Positions 59,706-64,000 of a stretch of 64,000 nt of DNA are shown here, piece after piece. This DNA is from Eledone cirrhosa (Eukaryota). How positions within the stretch are numbered: position 1 is the stretch's first letter; each line of letters opens with the position of its first letter. Location: assembly GCA_964016885.1 (NCBI GenBank), contig OZ024743.1:159030001-159094000 (forward strand), read 5' to 3'. A program made the position numbers and the translations under genes. The notes under the pieces were generated by a model. The model had not been told where the DNA came from. It made no database searches and worked only from the letters and a program-made list of their open reading frames with translations.

Positions 59706-59990
59706 TGCTACACAGACGGGGCACATTCAGACAAGGGAGTGGTTGTGGAACTATTTGGTCTTTCAAAAATAATTATAAAGATATGAACTTCAGATTACAT
59801 CGGAATTACACTGCATTTGATGCAGAATGGTACGGAAATAGATTGTCCATAGATTCAGCTAAGGGATTGCCCTAAACAAAAGGTTTTCTATTTAGTGATA
59901 GTCTATCGAACCTAGAACTGCTTCAGTCAAGAAAAAATGGTTCGAGTTAGAGATATTGAGAATGCTCTGCTAAAAATAGAGAAATAACTC
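59706..59990 (+). pseudogene. RNase H remnant of a LINE (I-group-like)
   Basis: CYTDG..DKG, FRL...TAFDAE..G and LFSDSLS.L occur in RNase H order with frameshifts. Confidence 0.55.
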
Positions 59991-60400
59991 TCAGAAAATA
60001 AATTGAATTATTAACATCAATTAAAATGTTTATAATATTTATGATGACAAAACATAATTAGACAAAATTAGCTGGAATATCTTTTTCAAAGAATTAAGAT
60101 ATACACTTACCTTTAAATGTAATATAGGGAAAGAATCGAGGAAAGAGATTCTCCTTTGAAGAGGACGAAAGTTCATATCACACATACACACATACACACA
60201 CACACATACACCAATAAGAAAGAATTATGGAAAGAGAGAGAGAGGGGAGGGGGAGAATGAGTTAGAAAGAGATAGAATGTTAGACAAAGAGGGAGGGAGA
60301 AATCTTTATAACAGCTAGAAGTTACTAATGACCTGTTACAACGCCCATCACTGATCACTTTCTCATCCTTTATCTTTTTATCTCCCATCCTCTCGTTCTC

Positions 60401-60516
<116 letters not shown>

Positions 60517-60667
60517 ATGGGAGAGAGAGAGAATGGAAGAGAGAGAGAGAGAGATAGTGAGAGAGTGAAATTTAACAGGTCAGCAGTACTGTCTCTACTC
60601 AAAGATAGTTCAATTCCTTGACCATCAATGGGTTTGTGACTGTGCGTGCGTATATATATATATATAT

Positions 60668-61048
60668 ATAACGGCGATGAATTAGTTTTGCGAGGTTTTT
60701 TATATGAAATCGTGTGTCGAAACAAATATTGTTATACTTGGGGAGGGTCATATTTGTGTAATATTGCCAGAATTAATAACAGAACAAACTCACTGTTTGG
60801 TTGGTTTTCGCTTTTCGTTTCTGTGTCTTTTATATCGGTAATCAAATTTATGCGGTCCTCAATGTTGCCATTGACTGACCAACGGTCAAAAATAATACAG
60901 ATACAATATAGATACAAACACATAAATTTGATTACCGATATAAAAGACACAGAAGCGAAAAGCGAAAACCAACCAAACAGTGAGTGTGTTCTGTTATTAA
61001 TTCTGGCAATATTACACAAATATGACCCTCCCCAAGTATAACAATATA

Positions 61049-61080
<32 letters not shown>

Positions 61081-61592
61081 AATGTGTGTGTGTGTGTGTG
61101 AGGGGAGGGTTATAGTGTTGTAATAATATTGCCAGAATTAATAAGAGAACACACTCACCGTTTGGTTGGTTTTCGCTTCTGTATCTTTTATATCAGTTAA
61201 TTCATTCGGTTCTCAATGTTTACCATTGACTGACCAACGGTCAAAAATACATATATAATATAGATATAAACACATATATATAGTCTAACAAAGTTCTTTC
61301 GTTGTACATCTGCAACATCGTCAGTAGTGCTATTATGTTCCTCTTGTTGTATTGTATATTTACGCCATCTTTATTTAATCTGTTTATTTATTTTTGCCTT
61401 CTTCCCTGCGCATGCGTTTGCGTGTGTGTGTATAGTGTTTGGTGTGTGTTCGCGTTTGGGTGACTGTATTTTCGTTATTGTATTCCCCCGGATAAACTGT
61501 AAAACTAGGAACGTAGTCTATAGCATAAGATGTACAGAGGGTACTTGCAGAAGCATGACAACAACATACATAGGCGAGACAGCTCGTAGTAT
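60668..61592. mobile_element. Rearranged tails of the 30592-31740 PLE family: 127-bp-arm palindrome (60726-60852 / 60921-61047), minus-strand tail with hammerhead (~61285-61328), plus-strand GIY-YIG fragment (61487-61590)
   Basis: Sequence match to 31260-31740 and 30824-30930 ([25 protein letters not shown]). Confidence 0.8.
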
Positions 61593-62930
61593 ATTTAACA
61601 GCTATGGCTTCATCAAGCAGCTAGAACTTGAACAGAAAAAACAGGAAAACATAATGGTGGAATAAAATTTACCGCGTTAATTCTTTGATATGCCAAGATC
61701 CGATCTGTGGTAGCATATGCATTAGAATGAACGAATTAATGCATACGAAGGTTATACCTTCCTCTCATTGATCAGATACTATCTTAACACTCCAATATCA
61801 AGTCAGCCTGCTACGGTTGATTTTAATGACCAGCTATATTAACTGTATATAGGGGTGTTCTGGTCTATGTGACCTATTTGACTATAGTGGCAGTGGTGTA
61901 AACTGGTCAACCATTACCACTCTTTTGCGGTAGTATTGTAGTTGCTAGTGAAGAATTCAGGTATGTGACCTGATATGGGTCCATCTGGGAGCGTGAATGG
62001 TTGTCCATATCAATAGTCCTGATAGTACAGATGTTATGGAGGCGATGACAGTGGGAGTTCGGTTGTCCTTTCATGTTTGGTTAGGTTACTATTTTCTATT
62101 GTATATGGTCTCATCGTCAATGCTTATTAAAATCATATGTAATAAATAAAAAAAATCTAGGTGTTAAAACTTATAAGTATTAAAATTTATAAGTGTAAAA
62201 ATTATAATCCAAATTATTTAATACACACTCGCAAACACACATCTATGTATCTCCACACGTACACGCAAATATATACATACATGCACACACACACATATAT
62301 CTATACATGCACATACATCCATACATAAACATATCTATGTACACATATATACACATACACACACAAATATGTATACGTACGCACATGCACAGATATATAT
62401 GTACCCTTTGGAGGGGTGGAAAAAATAATAGGTACGTCTTATTTACTTATCACAGTTAGTATTGACTTTATGTGCGAAAGGGATTAGGTAGGAGGTAACT
62501 TGTACTTCGGAAAACCGGATCACATACCAGGGGCGGGTGGTGAAGCCCAGTGATCAGAAATATGGGGTGCATGGAGATACCCAGGGTAGGATTCTGCCAA
62601 CGTATGTTATCTCGTTTATTAGCTAGTGGCTGTTTACTTGCGTTAGAACTAAGGGAGAGAGAAAGAAGAGTGAACCAATGGGATGTGAGGCACGGGCCTA
62701 ACTGCTAAGCGTGGCTTTGTCTTTGTGGTGTTTTAAATGCTAGTCGAGACAAGAAGAGTGTAGAGAGGTAAGTGCAGTGGGTGGGGTTGGTGTCTTTGCG
62801 ACTCACTGTGTGTGTGGGGGTTGCTATCCATATAGCTAGAGGAAAGTTCCCGTTCTTAGGTGTCTAAATGTACCAAAGAAATCTGCCCAGCAATTGATTA
62901 AATCTACTCCACCACTGAGTATTTCGAGTG

Positions 62931-63968
62931 TCTGTACAGTCCTCCGCCTAAGCTAAGCTAGGGATCTCGTCCGTTAGGTTACGTAAGAGGTAAAAGCCGA
63001 CAACGTCCGTGATTTGGGCAGACATTTAAACAGACAACATCTGATCCTATAGACACCCAGCAGAGCCTTGACAGGGTAAATGGTGGGCCCGGAATAGATC
63101 TGAGTAACACTAACCGACCCAGACACCTTGTGCAAGTCACAGGGATTGACCGCCCCAACCTACCTAATGGGCACCCCACAGTAAGCATGCAGGGGTTAAC
63201 CACTTCATGCAACTGCAGAAACCCCATCTTATGCCCCCTTAGAAATGAATGCCTAGTGAAAAACCTAGCCTAGTCTACCGATGCAGGGTTACAACCCCCA
63301 ACTCTGAGCATATTTACATAGGGGCCACGTCAACGAACTTCAAGGACAAATGATATAATCACCACCATTCATTTCATGGGACAGAGGCTGAAAATGCCAG
63401 ATCCGCATCCTTCTGGAGGTACTTCCCTAACTTTGGACCAAACCAAAGAGTACGGGGTCTTGCCCAGCTTGAGCTTCCAGATCAGTTCGGAACGGACCGT
63501 ACTTTAACTTTTGTCGATCCCATGAAATGAATGGTGGTGATTATATCATCTGTCCTTGAAGTTCGTTGACGTGGCGCCTATGTAAATATGCTCAGAGTTG
63601 GGGGTTGTAACCCTGCATCGGTAGACTAGGCTAGGTTCTTCACTAGGCATTCATTTCTAAGGGGGCATAAGATGGGGTTTCTGCAGTTGCATGAAGTGGT
63701 TAACCCCTGCATGCTTACTGTGGGGTGCCCATTAGGTAGGTTGGGGCGGTCAATCCCTGTGACTTGCACAAGGTGTCTGGGTCGGTTAGTGTTACTCAGA
63801 TCTATTCCGGGCCCACCATTTACCCTGTCAAGGCTCTGCTGGGTGTCTATAGGATCAGATGTTGTCTGTTTAAATGTCTGCCAAAATCACAGACGTTGTC
63901 GGCTTTTACCTCTTACGTAACCTAACGGACGAGATCCCTAGCTTAGCTTAGGCGGAGGACTGTACAGA
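62931..63968. repeat. 451-bp near-perfect inverted repeat (62931-63381 / 63518-63968), GC-rich, probably a PLE 3' UTR with an inverted 5' piece
   Basis: Position x mirrors 126899-x with about 5 mismatches. 61720-62930 has the same strand skew as the Naiad UTR and shares short motifs with it. Confidence 0.8.
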
Positions 63969-64000
63969 GGCGATGCTCTGCTCACAGCCCTCGGACTTAA

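Noticed and set aside
62681-62700. GGATGTGAGG resembling the 5' end of 7SK RNA
   Set aside because: 10-nt match only; no following GATC hairpin or other 7SK features seen.

Overview
AT-rich, microsatellite-dense animal genomic DNA. The SINEs and repeat style suggest a mollusc, probably a coleoid cephalopod (inference). No host gene can be supported; the window is almost entirely transposon-derived. The centrepiece is a very young 9.7-kb insertion (18574-28254) in a (TA)n tract. It holds two apparently intact, divergently oriented copies of a Naiad-type Penelope-like retroelement (PLE; 819-aa RT + GIY-YIG ORF), an extra 1.1-kb pseudo-LTR, a 99-bp template-switch patch, three variant hammerhead ribozymes (CCGAAGA core) and a GC-rich, probably structured RNA domain in the 1.5-kb 3' UTR. 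Around it lie a near-intact 5'-truncated Neptune PLE, several decayed PLEs, and more than 10 small fold-back PLE-tail insertions, mostly next to TA repeats. Most fold-backs carry hammerhead motifs, and three turn back exactly at the ribozyme's stem II. Also present are decayed R4/Dong, CRE-like, Tx1/L1, RTE and RNase H-bearing LINEs, tRNA-derived SINEs and Helitron derivatives. All alignments and folds were made by eye.
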